This document shows positions 1 through 12,392 of a stretch of 64,000 bases of DNA, piece after piece. The position numbers and the translations under genes were made by a program. The notes under the pieces were generated by a model, which saw nothing but the letters and a program-made list of their open reading frames with translations, was not told the origin of the DNA and made no database searches. The stretch's first letter is position 1. Each line of letters begins with the position of its first letter. The stretch comes from Oopsacas minuta. Lineage: Eukaryota; Animalia; Porifera. The stretch lies in NCBI GenBank assembly GCA_024704765.1, contig JAKMXF010000061.1:1-64000 (forward strand). The letters are read 5' to 3'.

Positions 1-785
1 GCTGGGAAAGAAAATTGTACAATAGGCCTAACTTGTACTGTATAGACCTTATAATATAGTGCCAATCAATGCAAAATCCGAATTTCGTGAATTTTCATAA
101 CTTGAAATCCTGACGTGATAGACCAATTCTAGGAAATATATTTTCATTTGAGGAATAAATTTGATGTTGCCCAGTGTTATAGGACCGCTGATGATGTGAC
201 AGCTTCCATGTACCACTTCCATGTAGTACGAATAAATGATGTACATTTCGTGTATTCACTATGTTCCAAGTATATGTATTTGTCACAATGGTCTTGTCTT
301 GAATTGTTTCTCCCGGAATTCCCGTTATAAAATTGTCTGCGTCCCATTTTGATATTATCAATCAATTTATAACTTTGATTTACGATTACGAACAATTCTC
401 AAATAGTCGAAATCTGTTTTTTGCCTTCCAAAACATTTGACCGACGAAAATTGCACTCTAAATCGGGAATTATTCACTAGACACATTTATGAGGGCAAAA
501 TTTGGGTAAAACCGATACGCAAAAGTCCTTGCAGTATAAATCCCAATGAGTTTTGTGTTTAAATAGTTTTAAGAAGTAATAATCAACTACAATGAGCAAA
601 ATACCACGAGGAAGCAAAATTGCCGAATTTGACTATATGCCTAGATATACTTAGATTTTATAAACATGTTTACTTCCACTAAGGCGTTCATTTAACTCAC
701 TGTGCTTGGTAAGACACCGAACATTTTCTTAATTTAGCGTAGCAATATTCTCTACATTACCTTTCTTTATTTTCTCTTCTCTCAG

Positions 786-956
786 GTGCGATATCGTCAA
801 ATGGAATTTGAACGCAAGCACAAGCTTTATAATGATCATTGTATACTTCAAGATGGGCAATTAGATTCTAGTCCACTTTCTCATCAAATATTCTCTGGCA
901 ATGCGCTTATTCCCCCAATTCAACAACATCCTGTCCTACAACATCATCATACTTAA
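786..956 (+). CDS. CBFB: Putative terminal coding exon (exon 2) of core-binding factor beta: VRYRQMEFERKHKLYNDHCILQDGQ...VLQHHHT*
   Basis: Strong acceptor (ctttctttattttctcttctctcAG, AG at 784-785), phase 0, open for 56 codons to TAA at 954-956. Joined to the phase-0 donor at 16077 it gives RAQLEEKLRKDAMEQ|VRYRQMEFERKH, which aligns without gaps to the vertebrate CBFB stretch RAQQEDALAQQAFEEARRRTREFEDRD (recalled from memory). Not in the ORF track. Confidence 0.75.
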   Translation: MRYRQMEFERKHKLYNDHCILQDGQLDSSPLSHQIFSGNALIPPIQQHPVLQHHHT

Positions 957-2048
957 TTCAAATTATTCCAATTTATTTATTTATGATGATACTCTCGGCT
1001 AACTTGTGTTTATCTGCCGCAAAACTATTATACCTGAACTTTTGTATTACTATTTTTGTCAATCTGTATGATATCCTCACTATAGTTTCTTAATTATACT
1101 TACTATATTTTTCCTATGCATATATTATTCATATGTTGGTTCGAGATAAATGGATGAATTTTCGGTCTAAATATGTGAAGTATTATTTGTTTTATAGTTT
1201 TAATGAACCGCATAATCTTATTCATTTTTATGCAAAGTCCAGTTTCATCAATTTCGTTTAAGCCTAGTAGAATAAATTTCAATGATCATTACTAAATTTG
1301 ACAGTATTGCTTTATTTCAAGATTTGCTTGAGGCCTTTTGCCAACATACTCTCATCCCAAATGTAGTGAATTTGAGAACTTAGCAAGTTACATATTACAA
1401 ATCCCTGATGAAATTTAGAGGGCATTTAGGCCCTCCATCCTTACGAATTTAACAAACTTCAATTCTCAACCTCTGACCTTTCAACAGATGTTGCTTGGGA
1501 GGTATGAAATACTTTGTGACCTAAGAACATTTTCGTTTACAATGATTTCTAATATTACTTTCAGCCCTCGAGCATCCGACTATTGCGTTGGGTAGGAAAA
1601 TGGGCCCATGATATGTGACCAGACCGACCATTATATAGGATTACTTTTATCATTCAAAACCTCTGTGTTTTGGCCCCTAATTAATGTTTTACACATTTGC
1701 TGAAATACCTGTCATCAATACTGAATTACAAACACATTCCCCTTCTAGGTTGCTGTGGCACGGCGATATTCCTCGGATTTATATTTAGAATATCTTAGCT
1801 GTGCGTTAGTTCTCTGCAGGACTCAACTCCTTGGCCCTAGGTGCCTTAAATTTTGATATAGCATCGTGAGGGGACACTGAGGTCCTTACACACAGGGTTG
1901 GCAAATTTACCAAACCCTCGAGTTAAACCCTATTTAATTCCGGCTCAGTATAATCCCAATTTGGGCTTTTGCTTTGTGAAACCTGATTACTTATTTCGTA
2001 ATAATATCACGATGTTTATGTCACCCTTCATTAATTTGCTTAGGCCTT

Positions 2049-2390
2049 AGGGCATTCAAAAAGTTCCCATCTTTGTTTAATACCTTGACACTACAACAAC
2101 TTACTAATAAAGTTTCTACATAAATGCTCAAAATACTCCCCCTCTAGATCAATTCATTGTTACCTCTCAACCTACTTCGAAATGATTTTGTATTTTCGTC
2201 CTTGTCTACTGAATTTAGGTAGTAGTAAATGCCGTTTCCTAGCTCTTTTCGGGTATGAAAAAGCCATCCTTCGAGATGTTTGTTCACCTCAGGAAATAGC
2301 CAGAAACAAGGTGGTAGATCTGGGGAATACGGAAGATGTTCAGATCGTTTCAAACACGATATCCCCAATGACTCTCTTAACCTATTTTGA
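2049..2390 (-). pseudogene. mariner transposase C-terminal remnant with one TIR-like end
   Basis: ORF 2144-2368 has HLPYSPDLPPC-FWLFP (mariner YSPDLAPxDF motif). The end at ~2049, agggcattcaaaaagttccc, resembles mariner termini. Confidence 0.65.
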
Positions 2391-3829
2391 AAAATGAGGC
2401 CTGATATTATCGTGGAGAAGTTGGATTCCTCGAGTTCCTGTACGCGGACGTCGTGTATTATAGTCTCTCCCGACTTCCCTTAGGTATTTATCTGCGTAAA
2501 ATTTTCCATTGAGTCGTTCTCCTTTAGGCATAGGTATTTGGGCCACTGGCTCATTCGCATAAAAATTATGTTATAGAGAACTTTATCGTCTCGGCAGTCT
2601 GGATGTCCCTTTGGGGGGATAAGAACCTTTTGGGAGCCGTGACTGGCTTTGTTCCTACGCAGAGGTTCAGAAAATTTAATCGAAATTTCGTCACCTGTAA
2701 CGATTTCATATAACTTTCGAGAATTGCATCTCTATATTCTTTAAGCAATTTATTCGCGCATGAAACCCTCTTCTCCTTCTGCCCCTTTGTGAGGATTTTT
2801 TGTATCCATCGCGCTGATATCTTTCGATTTTCGAGATAATTGTGTAGAATTGTATGAACGCTTCCCGATGAGATTTCCAGGATGGAGAAATCTCTTCAAC
2901 GATCAAATGGAGGGCCAATATCCAATAGTTCTATAATTTGAGAGGCTATTTCAGGGGTAGCGGAAATTGGTCTTCCGGTCCGAGGGGGCATCTTCATTGC
3001 TGCCCCTACCAGCCTTTAATTTACGTGCCTATTCCTTTACAGGGGGATACGCTAGAGCTTCCCCCCATGATAAACGGTGACGAGATCCTCGTGTATCTGG
3101 AGTGGTTTGTCGCCGAATACGGTACAAATCATTATATAGGCTCGTTTGGTTTTTCTTGATGTAGTGAAACCGCGTTAATACAAACACATTTAATACGAAT
3201 TTCCGTTAAGACGAACAGAATCTTACACAATTCTCGTCCGTACATTGGATATTCCATTGTTTTTACTCCGGATAGGGAGTACAAATCTCGACGGTTCCTT
3301 GTTGTAAGTATTCACGAGGTCCTACTGTATGTGTTTTGAAGCCATGAAAAAGTTGACTCTCGAAATAGGTACAATTGAAAGTAGCGTAGATCAAGATATA
3401 TAATAGCTAGAGTGAATTGCTCAACATACAACAGCATTAAATCGGTAATCGATAGAACTATAAGGATATACTATGTTTTCATGTAATTGAGTAGAGTTTG
3501 GATGCTATGAACTAAGGATGGGAACTTTTTGAATGCACCAAGTATTTATGAATCTTACATAGTCATAGAATTCATAAATAATATTATAAATAGGTAGTTA
3601 AATCATCCACATTTTCTATTCTATATTATCTAATTGTAGAAATTTGGAAACTAGAAGACTGGAGGCACAATATCATTCATTTTATCTATTTCGATCTTAG
3701 GTTCATATAGATAATAGACTGTAGACACATGGAATCTCTAGGCCAAACTTTCTCCTCTGTCAGTTTGTTTTCAATAATCAGTTGTATTACTTATTGTTGT
3801 TAACATCCTATATTTGGGCCTTAAAATAG

Positions 3830-5350
3830 TACATTAAGCTTGTATAAGGGCAACTTCTGAGATATGATGCCGTATCTCGGAGTTACCTGTATACACACAG
3901 CTTCGCAAATCTTTAATTCCCGCAAATATTATATACATCTCATATGTCAAGGTGGCAGATCTAAGAAACATCCTGATTTCGCTGCCATACACTTGTGTCC
4001 AGACCCAACTGCCAATTAGTGTACACATTTTATATTTCCTTCAAGTTCAACAAATCTTGAGGAGAATATCATCCACTATTAATCTTCCACCTATTGAAGA
4101 ATTCCCGCTAACATTTAGAATTCTGGAGGCCTAGTTGGCTCTTGGTTGCCATACTATCTATAACCAACAATATACGAACATTAACACAAAGTATGTAACT
4201 CTATTTTGCGTAACCCAAACTCTATCAACACACATCGAACACGGTTGTTTGGCGAAAAAAATTCTGATTTCTCCATTCTCACAGAGACCCATCTATCTTT
4301 GTGCTGTGAATGAATGTAATATATATCCTGAAATTTATGAAAGATATTGTAAATCCTGAAACGGCCAGGCGCTGAGCTGGTGTATCTCTCGATAAAGGTC
4401 CAGAAATTGTTGATATATTCCGATCAATGTTCGATGGAAAGTTGGAGGCGCTAGTTGTGAAATATACACTGCCGCACGCATAATTTCAGAGATAAGATAT
4501 TAGGAGTTGACGGATTCCCCATTTAACAAAACAATTACTGTTGCTAGACAGTTGTTTTCTGATATTGATGATAAATGTTCTTTCTTTGTAGTTCCAAATG
4601 CTGAGCGATCAGTATGACTGATAAACCTATTTCGACCATAGACATCAATTCAGCCCCTCCACTACATTTATAAACTGAAATATTTCGGTTTATTAATCGG
4701 CTGGTTTATCACCTCCATATCGAGAAATTGAGATGGTTCCGACTTCCCCCACGATCAAACAGTCGATGAACTTTGTTTAAACTTTAATTCAGAAATATAC
4801 TGGCTTGAGGTTGAAGATCCAGATACAAGTGGAGGAACAGCATGTATAGGCAACGTAGCTCGCAGAGCATTTTGTGATGAAACTGGTTATCTAGAATTCG
4901 CACAATCTACGTTTGCAATTTTCCATGTACTAGCATATGCAAAGATATATACTCAACTAGCTGCTATTCTCGAAATGTATAATTCCTATATAATGTGAAT
5001 ACTGTGGAATTGGGTGTGCAAAACATCTATCTATTGATTTTTGATTCATTGGCGAGTATCACACCAACGGTACACAAACTTTTAGCCATCCTTGAAGAAT
5101 TGCTTCCTGATTCCAACTCTGGATTTGGTTTATAACATTTCTCCGAAAAAGGAGCAAAGAGTTGTAATGAATTGGCTATAAACGATAGGGAAATTGGGTT
5201 CTAAAAGATGATTTCGAAACTACTTAAGTAATATTATGGACATATTTGTTAGATTGGCCTGAAATTGGCCTCTTCATTGAACTCTCTGGGATGTATAATC
5301 TGCCAACGATGTGGTTAGCCTGGACATTCATAAAGATCGAAATGTATGTC
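3830..5350 (+). pseudogene. RAG1-core/Transib-like transposase remnant (T1), heavily frameshifted
   Basis: Motifs in order: YTQLRKSL; degenerate first-Asp region (PLTFRILEA*LALGCHTIYNQ); SPFSQRPIY; RSMFDGK (~4425); SGGTACIGNVARRAF (~4830); frameshifted SITPTVHKLLAH/FSEKG region (~5050-5160); C-terminal CQRCG*PGHS*RSKC (5301-5345). Termini not found. Confidence 0.8.
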
Positions 5351-7689
5351 AGAAGATACTATGCAAACATCTGAGAGTCACACTTTTTCTTCCTTAACCA
5401 TTTAACCATCATTATTAACTACAATGACACCTTATGCATATTTCTGAATAAACTATTCTAATTAAGTGGCAAGTTTACCCTATATTTTTCCAAAATTTAG
5501 GAAACTGTAAAATTTCACGATTAGTGGATTATTGCATTATCGGCAACGGTAGAGACTTCCTAACTTCTATTTCAAATTTTAAATTACTATCTTTTATAGT
5601 TTTTAAAGTATCCACTTTCTACATACCTCCTTTTTCTGAATTTTAGTCTAGATTTCGTCATGAAAACCTCAATTTCCCATGAACTTTTTAGCCGCCATTT
5701 TTCCACTGTCGTTATATGTCTAACTCTGCATGTATACAAGCTAGATTCAAAGACTCAACTTTTTTGGATGGATCTAACAATCTACAGGATAATAAGCGAA
5801 CTAATCTTCAATTAATGCAATAAAACATTATTTATAAAATTTAAAATTTATGTCATTCGACGTCAAATCATATCCCGAACTGAATTGACCACCAGCTTGC
5901 TCCATTTTGGAAAATTCAAATTCTAGTTCGCTTATTAGTCAATTCGAAGGAGTAGTAACAGAATCCCAAAACTATTTGAGGAATATAGCCAAAAACATTC
6001 TTAGAATTTTCAAAAATATTTTAGGCTAATTGAAAAATCTAAAGTTTCTAATGTACATATATGTTTAAGTATTAGTGTATTTTTGGACTCAACTGGATGA
6101 ACCGGATACGCGGTTAAAATTTCAAAAAGATCGAACCACAGGGACATATATAGTAGGTCTCTAGGGTATACTTACCTGTTAATAAATATTTTCAAACATA
6201 TAATATCTTTAAGAAATAATCCTTTATGACGTTTTATAATGAAAATCGAAGCCAATATTTTTTGGATTCCTTTCGACCCGCAGAGATCGATAGCCCACAT
6301 GCTGCTAACACATTATATGTATCTAGGATGCATAAAAAGTCCTATTCTTTACCAAATTTCAGTTTAGACCACCGTGCGTTATTCTACTACAATCATAATG
6401 CAATAATTCACCGAATAAATTGAATTGATATCAGTGCAAACTATATAGTTAGGCTAATTAATTAGTTGGTTGAGGATATTCTAATAGGCTCAGGAATATA
6501 ACAGTATGAATAAATTTCCATAGCTCTGACATGACGTATCCTTGACTCAAATCCGTCATTTAGTATCATTGCCCTAGTGTACAGAATGCTATGTGTAAGC
6601 TTTAAGCTATATTTATTAGATGGCTATATTATTTGTATTCTATAAATACCTATTTGTAAGTATGCGGCCATACTTTAGATCACTAATCAGAAAACTGCAA
6701 CATTCACCCTCAAATTCAGTAAATCTCATGTAGAATATAATTTATTCTAGTAATTGTTTTAGACAGGCGATGATAACAACAATGATTGATTGCACGATTG
6801 TATTAATTATAACATTCAGATAATTTTAACATAATTTCGTGCAGAAAATGTGTTAAATATATCCGGTTTCTATAGTCCATATAATCTCTGGAATTAGAAA
6901 GATGGAAGCTTGTTCTTGAGGTATTACTGGCTATTTTAGATATTTTACTAAGAATGTAGATAATTAATAGTACTAACGTGAAAAATCAACACAATGTTTG
7001 ACAACCGTTATGAAGCGATATTCGATTATAAACATTGCTAAATTTACAACAGATAACTAATTTCAAATTTTTCAAGAAAAGTTGCCCGTTCAGTCTCTGA
7101 ATTATGGGAGCTACGTATCAATCTTCATAATCAGCCAAATAGTGTATGGATCAGAATGATGCCCTCAAATTTTCGACCTCCTTTTCTTGACTAATGCGAA
7201 TTAATTATCAAGTTGGAATTGCTATAATATTGTACAATGGTTACAAATTTGACATATTGGTTGCCATCTACATTCATGTCATAACAAATGCTTGCCAACT
7301 GTTTTGTGATCTTCAAGGTAGATTATGTCAAGGAACAAATTTTGAAATGCTTCAGGATAGCCTTTCGTTCCTTTTCGAATATCAGTGTATCCATATGGTC
7401 CATCACGTCCGTGAATTATCGAAGCCCTTCGACTTTGAGTAATGGGGCGCGAAGAAACAAATCAAAAAGGAGAAGAGGAGAGAGTGTCAGGTCTTCGTAA
7501 AACATCCTTGACATCTGAAAATTCTTTCGGGAATTCTACAGATATGAACAACAACGATCTATCGCGGATAGAGGTCGCTTCAAAGATGTTGGTGTCCAGG
7601 TTCGTTCACACCCCGTTTCTAGAAGATTATCATTTCCCGGAATTCCCATATCACAGTTGACAATGTAGTCATATGTATGGGATTTCCAC

Positions 7690-10530
7690 GGGAGGTGCAC
7701 CTATTCTCGCAGCACCTAAAACTTCCGCAAATATGCTCTAAGTGGATACCTCATTCCCTTTAGGTACCCAAAGACCGCTGTTTTTGTGCTTCTAAAGTTA
7801 CCCTCAGAGTACGGGATGCTGATTTCTATCAGAAATAATTTCTGAGAATGAGACATGGATTCGATATGATGAACCGCTCTCCAAGGGTAAAATATGGTAG
7901 AGATCCTAAAAGGAGAGGAGCGTCCAGTCAACCCAAAGGGCCATTTTAAGAGATTAAAGGTCCTATACTCAATATATTTATGCTCATGGTCTGGTTGTCC
8001 AGATAACCCAAGGGCATACGTACGTCTCCTCCTAATCCTCAAAAGTCTCCTCCTGATTGACACCCTCATTCATAGTCATTCCTGGCTTCCGACTTAAGTA
8101 GTCGGCAACTGGATTTTCCCTGCCTGTCCTGTATTACGTTTTAAACGGTAGTTTCTGAAGTTCCATTAACCAACGGACATACGTATGTTTGGGATTTTAG
8201 CCACTTCAGGGGGCAATCGTCAGTCAATCAGACAATACTAGGAGCAGATTTTAGGTAGACTGCCCATTTACGGCACGTCGATACCACTGCCCATGCCTCT
8301 AACTGTCCCGACGAGTAATTCCTTTGTGCTGCTGTTAGGGATGAGCAGAAGAATTGGATCGGTCCCAGTTTAACTGTCTGCATGTCCAGTTGTGACAATA
8401 CAACATCGATAGTAGTTGACGGTGCCCAAGAACCTCTCTAACTCTGTTAAAGATCTCAGGTGAGGAAATGCTTCCATTTCCGGACATAATCAGGAACAGG
8501 ACTTCTTCCTGCGCCTGAGATTCGGTGACCTAGATACTGCACTTCCCTGTACCCTAGCTGACACTGGTCCTTTATTAACTGCAATCCGATCGAGTCGAGA
8601 CGTTGGAAGACAGTTCTTGAGTGTAGAAGGTTTTGCCCAAATGTCGAAGAAAATACGAATATGTCGTCGACGTAGCTCTCGCAGTTGGGTTCCTTTTCAA
8701 ATCCTCTGTCCATAACTCTTTGAAACGTGGCAAGTGCATTGCACAACCCGAAAGGCATCATTAACATTTCATACATCCCCCAGGGTGTGGAATACCGTCT
8801 TCTCTACATCTTCTGGATGAATTGGGATGGCTCAATATTCAGAGGCGATATCGAATATAGAGAAATATCGCCTCCCTAGTAATTTATCGAATATCGATAG
8901 GGGGTCAGGTAGAGAGTAATCGTCACTTTTGGTCACTGAATTCAATCGACGATAATCGAGGGCATATCGTAGGGTTCTATCTTTCTTGTTCACCATAGCT
9001 ACATCAGAAGACCATGGAGATTTTCTGGGGCTACAAATGGGGGGGTCTGCCACGAGTACTTCTTCCATTGCCTGGAAATTATATACTCTCATCGGGGAGG
9101 TATGCGTTTATGACGTGACCTTTGGGGTGGTACGTCTCATATTAAATTTGCATGAGACTCATTGAACTTGCATCTATTCGGGCGTTTGTGATGCTGTGCG
9201 AACAAGAACTCGTATCCCGAATTCAGTTCCTCGCGTTTGGAAACACTGCTAACATTCAATTCGGGGCAGATAAGCCTTCCACTTCCACGGGGGGTTTATC
9301 TGCTTTCTTCTCTACATCTTGTTGCTCCGCTACCTTCGCACGTATCAGGCGATTAGCTCCGCTGAAAGAGTATTCTTCGAGAATCCATGCCGTCCTAATC
9401 GAATCGGTCGATTAGCCCAGTCAAACGTGACAGTCCCATGCTGTTCCAGAAAATTTCTCCCCAGAAGCAGGAGTGGTTCTTTCTTATCAATTTCATGGCT
9501 TTGTTCCAATTTCGTTTCAGAATTCCCTATCCGGATCGAAGCGTCGACAAAAGTATGGACTCGCACAGGGCTATCGCACAGTCCAATACTTTGCTCGTTG
9601 CGGTACAATGTCATTAATTAGTTGGAGTTGTGATGCTGTGTCGTAGCCCATGACACTGGGTTTCGCACCTGTATCCAACATCGCAGCCATACTGTGATCC
9701 CCGATTCCGACTTGAACTGTTACGGATTCTTCCCTGTAGTTATTTCGTATATCCTGCGCTTCTGATCCCATGGTCTTCTCAGTTTACGGGGACATTTAAA
9801 CGGTTTGTGACCTGCTTCGCCACAATTATAGCAGTGCTTGTTAGGGCAATTGCCAATTAAATGATTTCTCGAGCCACATGCATAACATTTCAGGGGCGTA
9901 GTTCTAGTTTTCCTAGGGATTGTGGACTTGGTCCGGATACTTGAAACCTTGGTGGGAGTGGGCTCTCTGTTGCTTGACTCATCACTCTCCATGTCCTCTG
10001 ATGTTGTTTTCACTTCAGAGGCCTTTTCCTGAACGCGTTGTATGCGACACCCCCGATCCAATGGAATCCCCTTCTCTGCGAGTGCTTTATGAATTACTGT
10101 ACTCAACTGCAGAGCTTCGTCCATTGATAGTCCTTCATCCTTGGTCCTCACCCATTCTTTAAGCTTGGTTTGCACTTCGGAAGTACTTGAGACACCATAA
10201 ACATACATGCTGTTTTTGTCTTGATTTCAGCGTTGACTGCCTCTTCAAGGAACCTCACAAAGAAATCTTGAACGGGCTCTCCGGGGGACCATGCCATGCC
10301 ACGGAAGCTCGCTGTGGATCAAGACCTCTTCCTTCGTGTCCAGAAGTTCCATTAGATAAGCGAAGGCTTCAGCTAGTGTGTCCTTAGAGACTGCTCCCAA
10401 GACCACTTTTTCTTCGAGTCGACCGCGAATGATGTGAGCTGGTAACAGTTTAACCCCCGCATTTCTTCTATTGTTGCTATTGCAGCCACAAATAAGGGTT
10501 GTCATCTCCCAATGGTCTGACCGTGTTTTA
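7690..10530 (-). mobile_element. Degenerate Ty3/Gypsy LTR retrotransposon internal region (gag, protease, RT, RNase H, start of integrase), internally deleted
   Basis: Two CCHC knuckles (CYACGSRNHLIGNC, CYNCGEAGHKPFKC); protease MLDTGA; RT motifs SPWSSDVAMVNKKD..LRYALDYRRLN, MPFGLCNALATFQR, YVDD; RNase H QRNYSSGQLEAWAVV...NPVADYLSR (~8100-8350). PR-RT-RH order is Gypsy type. Confidence 0.9.
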
Positions 10531-10535
10531 AGTGT

Positions 10536-10766
10536 TGTAAAGCTACAGTGAGTTCAGTTGCCATAGTTGAAACATTTGTTATTTATGTAATGAACTAAGT
10601 AGTAGAATGCCGAAGCAGAATGTGAGTAAGATTAATAGAAATAACAAACAGATTAAGGCAAACAAATAAAATGTAGATGTCCCTATATATAAATATTGTA
10701 AGCCTATAGACAGGTGGTACTACAAGCACCTTGTGTGGCATATTATAATTAATCATAACGGTTACA
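10536..10766 (-). repeat. Candidate 5' LTR of the Gypsy element
   Basis: 231-bp segment bounded by TGTAA...TTACA directly upstream of gag. No second copy in the window and no clear primer-binding site. Confidence 0.4.
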
Positions 10767-12177
10767 ATAATATATGGTTGGGTCGGGAAGCTTTAGAAGC
10801 TCATTAATTTTAGAAATGAGTTGATTGTACCAAGAAATGATTGTTCTATCAACTTATTTACCCTTCCTCCAACTCATCCAATTTGGTTAGTATCAACTCG
10901 TTTATGTTGGCATTACCAACATAATCAAGAAAATGAATTGATTTTGAAAAACCAATTGGGTTGATATAGCTCTGTAATATATATATAGTGGGTGAGTTAT
11001 CAAAAATCTGAAAAAGAGAGCATGTTCCCCAATTAGTGATCCCTGTCTGACGCCTTTTCTGTTTCTTGCCAAGTGACCCGATTGTAGGTTACTCTATTAA
11101 GTGGAGTCTAGTGAATATTAATTTATTAATAAAACGCGAGTTAATAATGAATTTGTTGTAAGAAATATATAGAAATGTAATTGGGTACTAAATCATCTTA
11201 ATGGCAAATTTAGATAGGGGGCCTCTGAAACTATTATAGTACAGGGGCTTAAAATTTATCAAGCAGTTCCAAAGCAAAATACAACTCAATAGTGGCTTTC
11301 TAACATAATTTGCTCGATATTTTCAAATATTACTAAATTTACTACAAATATGGCAATTTACCGCTGAATGTCTGATATATTGACTACAGGGAAAATTTTT
11401 TGCAAATATCAAAATTGTATGTTTTGTCTAACTGTTTCAGATAAACCACATCTGTTCATATGTAATTTTCTTTAGTTCACCGATAGTCGAACAGACATTT
11501 CAGCACCGCCCACCGCATTAAGTGAGAGGAAAATATGATTGATCAGAAAAGATAGATTTTATTGATATTGGTTTTGAAATTTGAAATTTGAAATTTCCTA
11601 GTCGATTTACTCTGACTAACAGTTGAGACGAATATTCTAACATCATTCTGAAATATTTTCAAGGTGTGAAAAACTATAAATCATTTGATAAATCTGTGAA
11701 TTTGTAACTATTAAATTGTGACAATATACACATATCAATAATTTCAGATGCCAAGTACACATCTAGAGGTAGCTACGAGTATACATACAAGATTTTTAAG
11801 TCTTTTTACACTAACATAATAGATTCTTTTGAAAGCTGTAAATTTCAACTGTTTAGAGCTGTTGCGTAGGATTTTGACTCGCAATCCAAAATCCCAATAG
11901 CATATCCATGGTGCGGGTCAAAATCCTACGATGTAATATATGCGTGGGATTTTGACTCGCATCCAAATGTATTATTCTTGTAGGATTTTTGACCCATGTA
12001 TTACACAACTCAACAAGATTTCTCATCAGAGATCACATACATTCACCTTAGCATACTTTTGAATGCTGAACTCGAATCTGCAATCAGAATTTCTCTAGCA
12101 CGTCTAGTTATTCTGAAATCCAATATCCATTTTTTCAATAGTATAGTATTACCTGGTTACTAAATTGCTATATGAGN

Positions 12178-12392
12178 TTCAGTTTAGTGAATATCTAGAT
12201 TTCTGTATTTACTGTATATGGTAATTACGATTACGTCATATATGGAAAACCTGATGTGATACAACAAAATTGAAATCAACAAAAGAACCGCAATAGTCGA
12301 CTTACTAAGTAATAATGTATTTTATAAGCCTATCTCTAAAATTGAACGCGTAAAACCCTAATACTAGCAATTCGCAATAATAGCCCACTGTG
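12178..12392 (+). mobile_element. Isolated right end of the RAG1-like/Transib family of 17545-20741
   Basis: Near-identical (a few small differences) to 20526-20741. Ends in CACTGTG (12386-12392), begins immediately after the single N at 12177, and is followed by CAGCTC. Confidence 0.95.

Noticed and set aside
49-395. Overlapping minus-strand ORFs at the window start
   Set aside because: No recognisable motif, and the frames are mutually inconsistent.
2400-3350. GC-richer segment with short ORFs, possibly retroelement integrase or gag debris
   Set aside because: Only a faint MYGRE-like match; cannot be assigned.
6900-7660. Fragmented + strand frames resembling a membrane-protein (GPCR-like) C-terminus
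   Set aside because: Interrupted by stops and no diagnostic motif.
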